Below, one piece after another: positions 35,487-46,134 of a DNA stretch of 64,000 nt. The notes beneath the pieces were generated by a model that had not been told where the DNA came from, ran no database searches, and saw nothing but the letters and a program-made list of their open reading frames with translations. Numbering within the stretch: the stretch's first letter is position 1; every line of letters starts with the position of its first letter. The stretch covers positions 33,232-97,231 of the forward strand of contig JAFSID010000051.1 in assembly GCA_017439965.1 (NCBI GenBank), given 5' to 3'. Source of the stretch: Clostridia bacterium. GTDB taxonomy: Bacteria; Bacillota; Clostridia; Oscillospirales; SIG627. A program made the position numbers and the translations under genes.

Positions 35487-37006
35487 TTCCCCTTGCCTAT
35501 TGCAATATAGTAATACGTTTTGTTTTGCAAAGAATAATTAAAGATGTCCCCTAAATTTGCGCTGAATGTATTCGCAAAATTCAAATTGATTGCCCGTTCT
35601 TTTGAAATGCTATCGTTAGCAAAATTCCAATAGGTTCCTCCGAGCTGTCTGAAGAAAATCGCAAACGAAGAAAAACCGCTACCTTCTGTTTCGGGGCAAA
35701 TTAACAATACGATATCAGGAGAAAATCCCAACACAAATTGTACGATTCCCTCAGCTCCGCCTACACCCTCATAATCTCCCGTAGCTATCCTGCAACTGCC
35801 AAGCCAATTTGCTATCGTGTTTTTTTCCTCGTCGGTCAAAGTATAGGCGTTAGTGGTAAGACCTGCCTTTACGGCAAGGTCAAGCTTTGAAGGTATCAAC
35901 GGTCTGTAAATACCAGTTGTTTTATTTGAAATTTCTTCATCACTGGCGGGACTGATACTGAGCTTGTTGTTATTATTAACAACGAGACCTGAGCTTGAAC
36001 TCCATAATTCTACAAGACCCGCTTTTCCCTTTGCTACGGCAACATCTGTAAACTTGGCATATAGTGAAGGGTCAAAGCCGGCTATTTCAACCGCTCCATC
36101 GCGGGCAGTCTTGGCTTCTTCGGCGGCTTCTTCGGCGGCTTTCCGAGCATCCTCGGCGGCTTTCTTAGAGCTGAGTGCACTTGAAGCGCTATCGGATGCC
36201 GCTTGTTTTTCATACTCTGCAATCGACGCGGCATCACTTGCATCCCGCGCTGAAGCTGAAGCGTTTTCGGCATATGTCTCCGCAAGCATTTTGCTTTGCT
36301 CTGCGTCAGTAGCGGAGTTTTTTGCGTCGTTTTGAGAATTTGCCGCCGCGACAGCGTAGTTTTGAGCTTCGGATACATAAGATATAAGAGTCTCGCGAAG
36401 TGTCGATGAAAGATGCTCGTCGGTAATACTGTTATACTTAACGACCGCGCTCACCTTGTGGTCGGAAACGTTAAATTTGACAGTCGCGCTTTCATTCCAT
36501 TCATTTTCGGATATGAGGCTCGACAAGGGTACCGTTTGCGTTGTTCCGTCAAGAAGGGTTATAATAAGGCTTTCAGTTTCAGGGGAATAGGCAAAATTAA
36601 TTGATATTTTCTCGAGTGCGGTATCAACCGTTATTTCCTCTCCGTTTTCGCGGATGAATTTAAACGTTCCCGTTTCTTCGTTGTATTCAACGTTTTTCAG
36701 ATGGGTGTTGGTTACGGTCTTATCGGTCTTATCGGAATCGACCTTAAGACGCATTTTATTTACGGCGGTAAATACGTTCAAGCCGTCCTGCTCACCGTAT
36801 AAGTCCTGCATACCTATTGACTGCGCGCCCGAGGACGACGTAAGAATGTTAATAATTTTGTTTATACTGTTTGCAACAATGGTTTTAACCAGATTGTCAA
36901 AAACCGCTTTGTTATCGGCCGCACTGCCGGTCAGCTTATCGGGAGCTGAAGAAACGCCGTTCTTGACAACTTGGGATTGTGTAATTTTTAAGCTTTCAAG
37001 GGACAT
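35483..37006 (-). CDS. tail fibre / receptor-binding protein (507 aa)
   Basis: N-terminal LTGSAADNKAVFDNL motif and a long Ala/Ser/Glu coiled coil, typical of Firmicutes phage fibres. Confidence 0.6.
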   Translation of the reverse strand: MSLESLKITQSQVVKNGVSSAPDKLTGSAADNKAVFDNLVKTIVANSINKIINILTSSSGAQSIGMQDLYGEQDGLNVFTAVNKMRLKVDSDKTDKTVTNTHLKNVEYNEETGTFKFIRENGEEITVDTALEKISINFAYSPETESLIITLLDGTTQTVPLSSLISENEWNESATVKFNVSDHKVSAVVKYNSITDEHLSSTLRETLISYVSEAQNYAVAAANSQNDAKNSATDAEQSKMLAETYAENASASARDASDAASIAEYEKQAASDSASSALSSKKAAEDARKAAEEAAEEAKTARDGAVEIAGFDPSLYAKFTDVAVAKGKAGLVELWSSSSGLVVNNNNKLSISPASDEEISNKTTGIYRPLIPSKLDLAVKAGLTTNAYTLTDEEKNTIANWLGSCRIATGDYEGVGGAEGIVQFVLGFSPDIVLLICPETEGSGFSSFAIFFRQLGGTYWNFANDSISKERAINLNFANTFSANLGDIFNYSLQNKTYYYIAIGKGK

Positions 37007-37018
37007 TTTGTACCTCCT

Positions 37019-38878
37019 TTAAGTTTTAGCAAAATTGCCCGTGACAAAGTGCTTAGTGATTCCGTATACACCGAAGCCTTCGTTTGCGACGTCGTTTACA
37101 ACGACAAATTGCAAGCGCTTATAGTTTTTAACCTTGCGGTTGAATGGTATCTCGCTTGGTGCATCGTTAGAATTGAATGTAAATCGCTCAAAATCGATAT
37201 CCTCCCAGTCGAATATATCCATTGTTCCGTATGCGACCTGCTGCGCCTCAGCATCTTTATCCGTGCGAAAGCATATCTTTGCACTCGAACGGTTATAAGG
37301 CTTTATCGTGACGGCATTTCCTTTTTTGAGAAGCGTTTTAAGAATCATCGGGTCGCCGTCATCGTCTGCCTTTGTGCTCCATACGGCTCTGATGGGGGCT
37401 CCGCCGTCATTGAACTTCGTAAGCCCGTCGATATCGGTATTGAGCTTACATATTCTGCCGTCTTTTGTACCGAAATAGAGATATTCCTTTCCGTTTTCGA
37501 CGAGCTTCATCACCACTCTCGCGGGGACGTTATCCCAATAGAAGCACTCATATAAATAAGAGGTATCAGCACGTGAGGGATAGCTCCTTTGCTGTTTGCC
37601 GTCAAGACCGTAAACACGATCGTCGATAAAAACCATATACGCACCGTCAAAGCTGATGCTCACAGCGTCCGCAAGGTTCTCCTTTATGAGCTTAGGGTCA
37701 ATCCTTGCGCTGCGGTTCTGTACAATCCTTTCGCTCGTCAGGCTGTTTGTAGTGAGGGCATATATTCCCGAGCCTGTTATAAAAAGCTGTTCATCGTCGA
37801 TATTACCGAAGCCAAAGCGACTGACGGCACCCGCACCTGATAAGCAAGGCTTTGTACTCCACACCGCGCCTCCGTATTCATCCAATCCTGAGGAACGAAT
37901 AAAAACGGTTGAATCCTGCCCGTTATCCTCTTTTATTATTGCGAGGTTTTCGCCGAGACGTCTATATCCCATTATTTTGGTTTGAGCCGTTCCGACAACT
38001 TGATAATCGGTATCAGACCAATATGTACCGTCGTTAAAGGCGCATGTAAAATCAAAATTGGGATAGTCAGAATTTCCTGAAGCAATAATTCTATCCGAGG
38101 CACCGCCGACGCCCCAAACGGTAGCTATACGGCATTTGTTAATTTTATCGGCCGCGCCGGGAACTGTCTTAGTCAAGGTTATAACGACGTTATCAGCAGC
38201 ACCGGCAAGCGGTTTGGGTGGAGCTTCAGTGAACTTAACAGTACCTTTTGCTAAGTCTACCGCGTATTTATCTTTGGAAAGTTCTTCTCCGTTTACGGTG
38301 ATAAAATCTACACTGTCAAGCTCGGTATAGGGAAGTTTGTAATCTGTGTTACCGTCAGCGACATATCCTATTTTTTGTTTTCCGGTGAGATAGTTTACTC
38401 CTTCGTAAGCCATACCTCCGCCGTCTGTCGGAGATGCTGAAATAACAGTCATAGGAACGTATGCGCCGACACTCGCCCTCTCGACGTCAAGACCGTTGTA
38501 TCGCAAAAGTTCTGCCCCAGTGAATATCCACAGATAACCTCCCATATATACAGCCATGGAGCGCTCATCAGGAAGCCCCGTTCTAAGTTCAGTTGTATTT
38601 TTGGTTTCTTCATACCAACGCAAAAGTTTCGTGCCTCTGTGACATAAAAGATGCCGTACCCCTCCGAACTCAACGCTATACAACCCGTTAACTCTTATAC
38701 CGTTGCCCTCGATAATAATTCTCCAGCCGGGGCGTTTTTCGGGCATCCCTCCGGCATCTGATATCATATTCGGTGCCCACGGTGAACGGAAATCGTCTAC
38801 CAGTGACGGGTCACTCGAAAAGTCAACGCCACGGAACTTTGAATAAGTTTTTGTTCTTATACTTGCTTTGCTTGACAT
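37019..38878 (-). CDS. virion structural protein (619 aa), putative tail/nozzle component
   Basis: Assigned by position between the adaptor and the fibre. Beta-rich, repetitive Gly/Trp pattern. Confidence 0.45.
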   Translation of the reverse strand: MSSKASIRTKTYSKFRGVDFSSDPSLVDDFRSPWAPNMISDAGGMPEKRPGWRIIIEGNGIRVNGLYSVEFGGVRHLLCHRGTKLLRWYEETKNTTELRTGLPDERSMAVYMGGYLWIFTGAELLRYNGLDVERASVGAYVPMTVISASPTDGGGMAYEGVNYLTGKQKIGYVADGNTDYKLPYTELDSVDFITVNGEELSKDKYAVDLAKGTVKFTEAPPKPLAGAADNVVITLTKTVPGAADKINKCRIATVWGVGGASDRIIASGNSDYPNFDFTCAFNDGTYWSDTDYQVVGTAQTKIMGYRRLGENLAIIKEDNGQDSTVFIRSSGLDEYGGAVWSTKPCLSGAGAVSRFGFGNIDDEQLFITGSGIYALTTNSLTSERIVQNRSARIDPKLIKENLADAVSISFDGAYMVFIDDRVYGLDGKQQRSYPSRADTSYLYECFYWDNVPARVVMKLVENGKEYLYFGTKDGRICKLNTDIDGLTKFNDGGAPIRAVWSTKADDDGDPMILKTLLKKGNAVTIKPYNRSSAKICFRTDKDAEAQQVAYGTMDIFDWEDIDFERFTFNSNDAPSEIPFNRKVKNYKRLQFVVVNDVANEGFGVYGITKHFVTGNFAKT

Positions 38879-38881
38879 TAT

Positions 38882-39451
38882 TTACCTCCGAAAAAGACGC
38901 TGTGCGACAAATCCTCTGCCCCCAGAAGACGGAAGTGACGTATCGAGAGCGGCACGCATATTGAGATACATCGACCAGAATGCGGAATAATCAACGACAA
39001 GGTCTGCCATAAGCTGTTGAGCGGCAACGTAGAACGGCAGGCAGTTCGCCGCCTCCTCCGACACCTCAAATTCATAGCTGTCGGGAGTTTCGGAGGTTAT
39101 TGCTTGCGGTCGGGCAAAGTATTCGAGTATTATCCTTCCGTACTCATCACCTGGTACGGCAAGCTTATTTGATATGATCGGATAACCTGTAACAACCTTT
39201 CCTTCTTTCCACACACGAAACGTTTTGACAAAGCCTTCAGGCAGGCTGTAATATACAAAATCACCCTCTCCGGGGGTTAACGTATACTCTTCGCGGCGAA
39301 TAATCCTTTGATAATTTGCAATTTCCTTTTGCGCAATATCAAAAAAGTCTGCCATTTTGTTCATTATATCACGATCCTCGGTTACGGTACCGCCTGAAGA
39401 ATATTCATCAAGAAGCATCAATACACGTCTTTTTGCATCTCCGAGTGTCAT
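38882..39451 (-). CDS. putative head-tail adaptor (190 aa)
   Basis: Start at MTLGDAKRRV behind AGGAGG. The ORF track extends it to 39523. Confidence 0.45.
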   Translation of the reverse strand: MTLGDAKRRVLMLLDEYSSGGTVTEDRDIMNKMADFFDIAQKEIANYQRIIRREEYTLTPGEGDFVYYSLPEGFVKTFRVWKEGKVVTGYPIISNKLAVPGDEYGRIILEYFARPQAITSETPDSYEFEVSEEAANCLPFYVAAQQLMADLVVDYSAFWSMYLNMRAALDTSLPSSGGRGFVAQRLFRR

Positions 39452-39452
39452 A

Positions 39453-39728
39453 TCAATCCTCCTGGCCGTAAAGAAAATATACGTCACATTCGGCGCTTGA
39501 TACGATTGACAAGCGAGAGGCATTTAAAACACACGCAGAAGACTGTCCGGGCAGAATGATAAAGCCGTTATCCGGTGTGCAGGCAACGTTATCGGTTGAA
39601 TTATCACGAATATACACCTTTGCGTTATCCGATGCGTTCGTAATGATAAAGGTGCGGCAGGCCGTGTTGACGTTCTTGGCGTTTATGCTTACGGTTACTT
39701 TTTCCGTTGAGTTAATAATAAGAGCCAT
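39453..39728 (-). CDS. small head-associated protein (91 aa)
   Basis: Lies immediately downstream of the major capsid gene. Beta-rich. Confidence 0.4.
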   Translation of the reverse strand: MALIINSTEKVTVSINAKNVNTACRTFIITNASDNAKVYIRDNSTDNVACTPDNGFIILPGQSSACVLNASRLSIVSSAECDVYFLYGQED

Positions 39729-39818
39729 TTTGTGTTTTCCTTTCGATTCGATTTAATAAAAATTCGGACAGCGGCAATATATACCGCCGCCCGAATTTTG
39801 TTTTAACGATTTATGGGC

Positions 39819-40751
39819 TTATGCAGGATTAGAGAAGATGATCTGACGAGCATCGCCCCAACCGACGCCGAAATCGGCATAACCTGTATAACGGTCGAGA
39901 AGAGGATTGTCAAGCTCGGTCTGATATACGGTGGGCTTGGTTATATATACGATGTTGAAGAGCTCCTTCATAAGCCTTCTGTCGCATACAGCCCACTGCT
40001 TCGCTGAAAATCCGTCGTTACCGCCACCGAGGACGATATATTTCATACCGTAAACGGGGTTAGCTGAGTGGTTGGAGGATTCGGGATCGAGACGGGCATC
40101 GTCTCCGCATATCTTCTTTGCCATCGCCTCAAGCTCGGGCGACACGAGAAGAGTATCCATATCGCAAAGGAAGGGCATACCGTCAGGAGTGACGAAACGG
40201 TTAGCCATGGTCTGCGCCTTGGTGATTGCCGAGACAGAGAGCGAGTCTGTAATGAGGTTGGAATAGGTTCCCGCATCAGGATCTGCAATGAACTTTCTTC
40301 CTTCGCTGCGAATTGATGCAATGGGATGATCTGCGGCAGCCCACGCTTTTTCGTCACCACCGAGATACTCATCGTCAAAAGCGTTGCCAAAGCAACGGAT
40401 ACCGTGCATATATACCGTCATTGCGGCAGATTCGGCAAGACGCGTACCAACCTTACGGCATTCACCGCTCTTGTCAACCTTTGCCTGCTTCAGACCGATA
40501 TCAATGGTGTTGGAGTATTCCTGAGGCGTGATGATGGTCTTGAAGCCTCTTTTCATTGTGCCCTTATTCAGCGTATCGTTTTCATAAAGCTGCATTTCTC
40601 CGTAGCCGCCGGAGCCCGTCAGCTCGTAATCTATGCTGTTGGAGGTTCTTGTACCCATAATAACGCTGAGCTTGTTCATTCGGTTGGCGTAATGAAAGTC
40701 AAACGCCTTACCGACGAACTTATAGTTGTCTGTTTTCCAAGCTGTGTTCAT
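39819..40751 (-). CDS. major capsid protein (310 aa)
   Basis: Assigned from its position after the scaffold gene, its size, and the highly expressed look of the gene (strong RBS). Confidence 0.7.
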   Translation of the reverse strand: MNTAWKTDNYKFVGKAFDFHYANRMNKLSVIMGTRTSNSIDYELTGSGGYGEMQLYENDTLNKGTMKRGFKTIITPQEYSNTIDIGLKQAKVDKSGECRKVGTRLAESAAMTVYMHGIRCFGNAFDDEYLGGDEKAWAAADHPIASIRSEGRKFIADPDAGTYSNLITDSLSVSAITKAQTMANRFVTPDGMPFLCDMDTLLVSPELEAMAKKICGDDARLDPESSNHSANPVYGMKYIVLGGGNDGFSAKQWAVCDRRLMKELFNIVYITKPTVYQTELDNPLLDRYTGYADFGVGWGDARQIIFSNPA

Positions 40752-40765
40752 ATTTTAAATTCCTT

Positions 40766-41644
40766 TCATCGTCTTGATAAAAATTCCTTCGGGGTCATTT
40801 GCATATCAGGGTTATCCGCGTTCCATCTGTCAAGGGAACGCTTCTGCTCGGGAGAAAGCCTTTCGCCTCCGTCATTGCCTGACCCCGTACTTCTCGCACT
40901 GCGAGAGGTATTTTTAGCAACGGCGGCATCACCTGCACGTCCAACGAGAGACACGTACGAATCGTACAGCTCTGCAAGAGGCTCACGTCCGAAACGGCTT
41001 CCGCAAAACTCACGGAATGCCTTATTGTTCTCGAGTGCTTCAAGCTTTTCCGCATTGTCAAATTCGGGATGCTTCTCAACAAAATCAAGAACGTCCCTTC
41101 TCAGAAAATCCTCTGAAGGTGTTGAGACCTCTGACGCTTCAGATCTCTTACGCATTTTGGTGATGTATTCACGGTTGAGGATTTCCTCCTCAACCTCCTC
41201 GGGGCTTCTGCCCTCTCTTTTTGCACGGTCCTCAATCTGACGACGCTTAACCTTTTCACCGTACTCACGGAGCTCACGTGTACTCTTGAAGGGCTGCTTC
41301 GTATAAGGATTGATTATTCCGCTTGCGGCAATGTCACTGTTTGCCTGAGCCTCCGCCCTCTCGCGTGCTTCTCTTTCGGCACGAAGGCGAGCGGAGCGGA
41401 TTGCCGCATTTTCCTTGCGGGATTGATTTGCGCTGTTCCGACCGGCGCCGTCGGAATCGGAGTCCTCCGCATCTTCGCCAATGTCAGCCGAACCATCCTC
41501 GTCGGAATCGTTTTGAAAATCTACGAAATCTTCACGGCCGTCGTCAGCTTCGTAATCACTGTCACGGCTTTCATCTGTTGGAAGGTCTACGACTCCCTCC
41601 TGTGCGCCGCTTTCTTCATATTCTGTCGCATTAAATTCGTTCAT
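40766..41644 (-). CDS. scaffolding protein (292 aa)
   Basis: Very acidic N-terminus and a charged helical body, located between the portal and capsid genes. Confidence 0.65.
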   Translation of the reverse strand: MNEFNATEYEESGAQEGVVDLPTDESRDSDYEADDGREDFVDFQNDSDEDGSADIGEDAEDSDSDGAGRNSANQSRKENAAIRSARLRAEREARERAEAQANSDIAASGIINPYTKQPFKSTRELREYGEKVKRRQIEDRAKREGRSPEEVEEEILNREYITKMRKRSEASEVSTPSEDFLRRDVLDFVEKHPEFDNAEKLEALENNKAFREFCGSRFGREPLAELYDSYVSLVGRAGDAAVAKNTSRSARSTGSGNDGGERLSPEQKRSLDRWNADNPDMQMTPKEFLSRR

Positions 41645-41675
41645 TTATTTTTCCTTTCCACCCTCTCGGGCTATG

Positions 41676-43613
41676 TTATATCGGCAAATCGGATACTGTC
41701 GGTACAGATATTGGCATATCCTGCACTTGTGACACGGGAATATCCAGCGGTACTCCACCGGGAATAATTTCGGGAGCCTGATTTATCGAGCTTTGGGCAA
41801 CGATTTCCTCAAGAGCCGCTTTCAATTCGGGATTTGTTTTCAATGCATCTATTATTTCTGGTGATAGCTCGTTTTCGTCAGGCTCAAATTTCTTTTTCCA
41901 GCTCGCTATAATATCCTGCTTTTGAGGAATGTCAAGATACTCAAGCTCAGCCGCAAGGATCTTCCAGTTATCCTCCGTCACCGTGATGGCGGCAAGCTTA
42001 TCGAGCACCTCAACCGTTGTTGCGGGATTTTTGGAAAGTCCGTTACCCGTGGTTATGGTAACGTCAATAACGGGATAATACACAATATCCTCTGTTATAA
42101 CCTCTTCGGTAACAAGATCGGTATGCCCGGGGATAATGCGTGCGATATTATTGGAATTATACAGCCCCTCCTGAGGCTCTTCGTTTGCGCTTTTTGCACC
42201 GATAAAGATATACGTATCCTCATCCCAGAACTCAAGGGCAAGCCAATCAAGAAGCTCGTAAAGACGGCGGAAGCCTGAATCACGGTCAGACTTCTTAATG
42301 TTGCCCTGTCTATCTGCGTCACTGCGTAGCTGAAGAAGTCCCGATGCAGTTGTTACACGGGAGGTCTCTCGACCGTTGTTGGTATCATAATTTCGACTGG
42401 CACGCTGCATTTGATTCTGTGCCCATTCCACCATACCGATGCTCTTAACACCGCTTCCGAGACCTCCGAGGCGTGCAATACTGTTGAGACGTCCTTGCTT
42501 CACGTTGTTGACTGCTCCGGGAACGTTGCTGAATCTTTCACCCTCGACAAGAGCACCCTCCTCAACAAGAACAACGTCGTTTGCCGTCATTGCGTCATTA
42601 AGAAGCCCCGTTGCAAGCTCTCTGTCCGCCGTATCAACCAGCGGTATTATCGGTTCAAGCTCGGAACGGTTATAAAAGGAATTTTCATCTCGGATGCACC
42701 AATACTGCACAAAGGGGTACAAATTGCATTGACGCCAGGTGTTTTCCCAGTAATTCGGAATGTACTTGACCTCGATACCGCTTACCTGTATCGAGCAAGC
42801 GATAGCACCGGCAGGAGCGTCGGTGGTATCGTAAGGCTGTCTGAACCAATGCTCAAGGATTTGCACGGTGTCGTCAAACACCGTTGTCGCATGGCTCTCG
42901 ATATCCAAAACACCTTCCGTCTCGGTATAATATGCACTCGTAATATCGTCAAGAGTCAAGCCCTGAGCCTTTAGCTCCTTGTAAAAGGTTCTCCAGAATT
43001 TATTCTTGTGCATTGAATATACATGGTCGATATATTCGCAATCGTCCAAGCTTCGTGCAGTAGGGTCAGGATAAATATCCGCAGGAGAAATATCCTTAAT
43101 ACGGATATTGCCGTTCTTATGACCGAAGGGCATCGTATCATCGTAATACGCCTTCCACCAAGCATCACCAAGCTTGCGGAGACGTCTTTCGTTTGCGGTA
43201 TTCATTTCCCCGAGCCTGTTGGTTTCGATGATGTATTTTACCGCCAATTCACGTATTTTGGCTTTAAGCGAATCTCTGTCGTCGTCCCGACCGTGAAACT
43301 CGGGCTGAGGAATGTCGGGAATAATCTGACTCTCAACCATAATGTACGGATCGGGTACGCAGGTCGGAGTCCACGGAACTCCCATTTCCTCCCGTGCATC
43401 CTTTATTTCTAAGGCGGTATCGTGTGCATTATTATAATAGTCTTCGTGCTTTTTCCACTCGGCTTCCTTAACGCTTCGCTCGGATTTTGCCTGGTTAAAA
43501 AGCCATTCGGCAGTGGCAATTCTACCCTCTCGGGAAGAATAATCATATATTCGTCCGTCTTCGTACTCCTTTGGCGTGGGTATTTTAGCCTTTTTCGAGG
43601 TAAATAACGGCAT
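41676..43613 (-). CDS. portal protein (645 aa)
   Basis: Lies immediately downstream of the large terminase. Size and acidic C-terminus fit a portal. Confidence 0.7.
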   Translation of the reverse strand: MPLFTSKKAKIPTPKEYEDGRIYDYSSREGRIATAEWLFNQAKSERSVKEAEWKKHEDYYNNAHDTALEIKDAREEMGVPWTPTCVPDPYIMVESQIIPDIPQPEFHGRDDDRDSLKAKIRELAVKYIIETNRLGEMNTANERRLRKLGDAWWKAYYDDTMPFGHKNGNIRIKDISPADIYPDPTARSLDDCEYIDHVYSMHKNKFWRTFYKELKAQGLTLDDITSAYYTETEGVLDIESHATTVFDDTVQILEHWFRQPYDTTDAPAGAIACSIQVSGIEVKYIPNYWENTWRQCNLYPFVQYWCIRDENSFYNRSELEPIIPLVDTADRELATGLLNDAMTANDVVLVEEGALVEGERFSNVPGAVNNVKQGRLNSIARLGGLGSGVKSIGMVEWAQNQMQRASRNYDTNNGRETSRVTTASGLLQLRSDADRQGNIKKSDRDSGFRRLYELLDWLALEFWDEDTYIFIGAKSANEEPQEGLYNSNNIARIIPGHTDLVTEEVITEDIVYYPVIDVTITTGNGLSKNPATTVEVLDKLAAITVTEDNWKILAAELEYLDIPQKQDIIASWKKKFEPDENELSPEIIDALKTNPELKAALEEIVAQSSINQAPEIIPGGVPLDIPVSQVQDMPISVPTVSDLPI

Positions 43614-43615
43614 TT

Positions 43616-45271
43616 TTATCTCCTTTTATGTTTTTCAAGCTGATTAATGAGCTTTTGCGGTGCTTTTTGAATTTCATCATGAATTGTGAAGCTCTGTTGC
43701 GGTCGTATAAAATGAGCAATAGCAGCGGCTATAACGAGGTCATCGTGTGCTCCCGGAGCTGCTTCCGGACGCATATCCTCGTTGCGTATAAACGTAAGCA
43801 TCTCATTGAGAAGCGCTTCGGAATTAATAACCTCGGGGGTTTGCAACACGACCGCATGAAGATTGGCAAGAATAAGGGGTCTTGTTCTCGGGTCCGTTCT
43901 CCACCCGAATTTTTTAACGTTAAGCTCACGTGTAACGTCGTCCGTCTTTTCACGGATATATAGCTTCGGGTATCCCCATTCCTCAAGCTTTCGCTCGGGA
44001 TATGTTGAGTAATTTATTTCGACACCTATCAAAGCGTTGTTAAAGTATTTTCCGAGGCAATAAAGCTGTTGGGCATACCATATTTCCGAGCCTCCCGAAT
44101 ATACAAGCTCCACCACCTGCTCGGAGGTTACGTTGTCAATCACGACGGCAGTAAATCTGTCGCTCCCGTCACCAGCGGTATCACCGCCCGCAACGAACGG
44201 AACGCCTTTTTCAACGTCCTGCCAGATGCATATTTCACCGTCGTCAGCCTCTTGCCAGGCTATATTTTCGGGACGCAGATTTTCTCCCTCCGAATAGATA
44301 AATCTCCCTCTTCTGAGTATCTCCTTTGTCCTTTCAATGCGGAGAATTATCGGGCGAAGCTCGAAATAAGGATTGCCTGAGAGTAAGAAGGCTTCCTCGG
44401 GACAGGAGGGATATTCCTGCTTGAATTTTTCAGCATCTCCTCGAAGATTGGATGCAATACACCAACGTCGCCAGGCTAACTGCTCGTCATCAAGCTTGTA
44501 CGCTTCCTTGAGCTCAAGCTCCTCATCCGTCCACTCTGTGCCGGGAGGCACAGGCTTTCGGTAATCGGGGTCCTCAAACCACGGAAAGAACACGGGAACG
44601 AATCCCGTCTTACCTGCAACGGTATCATCCCAAAAAAGCTTGAACGAGTTGAAGCCGTTCGGTGTCGTTTCAATCACGACTGCTGTGTCGGGGCTGTCGG
44701 GTACTGCTTGCAGAAGTGCATCAAGAGTATCGTTCATATTGCTCCAGAAAGCCGCCTCAGAAGCGTGCACGTTGGTAAGCGTATCGCTTCGTCCTACGCC
44801 CTCTCCCGTTGCGGGAACGCATCGTATAGATGACATAAGCCCCGGATGTAACGCTTTTTCTTCGGTGTCACGGGTAGGATTCTCAAAAACTATTTCTTGA
44901 GCGTTCGAGGCTCGACGCATTGGCTTGAGAGCGGAAGGTAACTTGTCGTAGAAAAGCTTATTCATCTTGAACAGATTAGCCGTAGCATCCGCAGAATGAG
45001 CCACAATGAGCGTTTTGACAAGCTCACGGGTTGCGGCATCCTGAAAGAAGAGTGCCTCAATAACGGTCGAAAAACCGAGCTGGCGAGCTTTAAGAATTAC
45101 TATTCTCACGGGCTTTCCCGCCTCGTGCTCACGCTTCATAATATCGTACAGCTTGATTTGTGCGGGCTTGAGCTTCAAGGGAATAAGCTTGCCCTTTTTA
45201 TTGCGGATTTTAATAAAATTCTCGATATAAAAACGAGGATTTTTAAGGAGCCTTATAAAGTCGGTCGTCAA
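43616..45271 (-). CDS. terL: terminase large subunit (551 aa)
   Basis: ATPase motif VILKARQLGFST and a C-terminal nuclease-like region with GDTAGDGSD and HDDLVIA. Confidence 0.85.
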   Translation of the reverse strand: MTTDFIRLLKNPRFYIENFIKIRNKKGKLIPLKLKPAQIKLYDIMKREHEAGKPVRIVILKARQLGFSTVIEALFFQDAATRELVKTLIVAHSADATANLFKMNKLFYDKLPSALKPMRRASNAQEIVFENPTRDTEEKALHPGLMSSIRCVPATGEGVGRSDTLTNVHASEAAFWSNMNDTLDALLQAVPDSPDTAVVIETTPNGFNSFKLFWDDTVAGKTGFVPVFFPWFEDPDYRKPVPPGTEWTDEELELKEAYKLDDEQLAWRRWCIASNLRGDAEKFKQEYPSCPEEAFLLSGNPYFELRPIILRIERTKEILRRGRFIYSEGENLRPENIAWQEADDGEICIWQDVEKGVPFVAGGDTAGDGSDRFTAVVIDNVTSEQVVELVYSGGSEIWYAQQLYCLGKYFNNALIGVEINYSTYPERKLEEWGYPKLYIREKTDDVTRELNVKKFGWRTDPRTRPLILANLHAVVLQTPEVINSEALLNEMLTFIRNEDMRPEAAPGAHDDLVIAAAIAHFIRPQQSFTIHDEIQKAPQKLINQLEKHKRR

Positions 45272-45849
45272 TATTGCCGACCTCCGAACTCTCTCATAAC
45301 ATCTTCAATGCTTTGACCTCCTCCGTCGTTCTTTCCGGGAGCTTCAAAACCGAGTAGCTTTGCAAGCTGTTCAAGTGCCTTGGTCGCACCCTTTGCATCA
45401 AACCTCCACACACCCGACTCCACCCACTCGTGAGCCTCGCTGTCCCATTCCATTACAGGAACCGCCGCCATACAACGTCGGTATATCTCGATGAGACTGC
45501 ACACTATTCCGTTACGGGTTATGTCTCCCGCTCCTTCCCGAAGGAGAGCGTCACGGTAGGCGATAATTCTCTCGTCATTCTTGAGGCGAGAGGCTTGCAC
45601 GGAAGCGGAGGCGTTATTCTTGCCCGCCTTATAGCCTGCTCTGATGGCGGCTTGTGTGCCGTTGAGGTCGTTGAGGTATTCCTCGACGAATCTCGCTTCA
45701 CGGTCGTCGAGATACTGCTTGATGTCAGCAGAGCTCATTTTTTGAGCCGCCGAAAAATCAAACTCGGCTTTATCTCTCTTGGACTTCATTCCCTCTCCCC
45801 CTTCGTTCTTATTCCCGCCCTTTCCTCCCTCCTTGGGAAACTCCATCAT
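45268..45849 (-). CDS. terS: terminase small subunit (Terminase_2-like)
   Basis: REARFVEEYLNDLNGTQAAIRAGYKA signature. The true start may be ATG 45789 (MKSKRDK). Confidence 0.8.
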   Translation of the reverse strand: MMEFPKEGGKGGNKNEGGEGMKSKRDKAEFDFSAAQKMSSADIKQYLDDREARFVEEYLNDLNGTQAAIRAGYKAGKNNASASVQASRLKNDERIIAYRDALLREGAGDITRNGIVCSLIEIYRRCMAAVPVMEWDSEAHEWVESGVWRFDAKGATKALEQLAKLLGFEAPGKNDGGGQSIEDVMREFGGRQY

Positions 45850-46079
45850 TCGTTTTTGTGTTGACTAACCCTACAAGCATCCAAAAACGCCTATTTTTCC
45901 CTTTGCATATACATTTTATCACTTCTGCCGTGCAGTTAACACGGACTTAAAAATGCCATTTTGACACTATACGGTAGAGGTTTTTCGACTTTTTACCAAA
46001 GGTGAAAACAAAAAAGACGCCCAAATTTTGAGCGTCATAAAAAATATTGCTTTTTTTCAAAAAACTTTTCAAAAAGGTA

Positions 46080-46108
46080 TTGACACAACACGCAATGCGT
46101 GGTATAAT
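46080..46108 (+). promoter_or_regulatory. consensus sigma-70-type promoter of the moron
   Basis: TTGACA, 17-nt spacer, TATAAT, with a TGn extended -10. Confidence 0.7.
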
Positions 46109-46134
46109 ATAATCACAGAAAGGAGGTGAGTCCA

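Noticed and set aside
40326-41240. 304-aa plus-strand ORF overlapping the capsid and scaffold genes.
   Set aside because: It is antisense to two tightly packed late genes. Its Ser/Arg/Leu-rich, low-complexity translation looks spurious.
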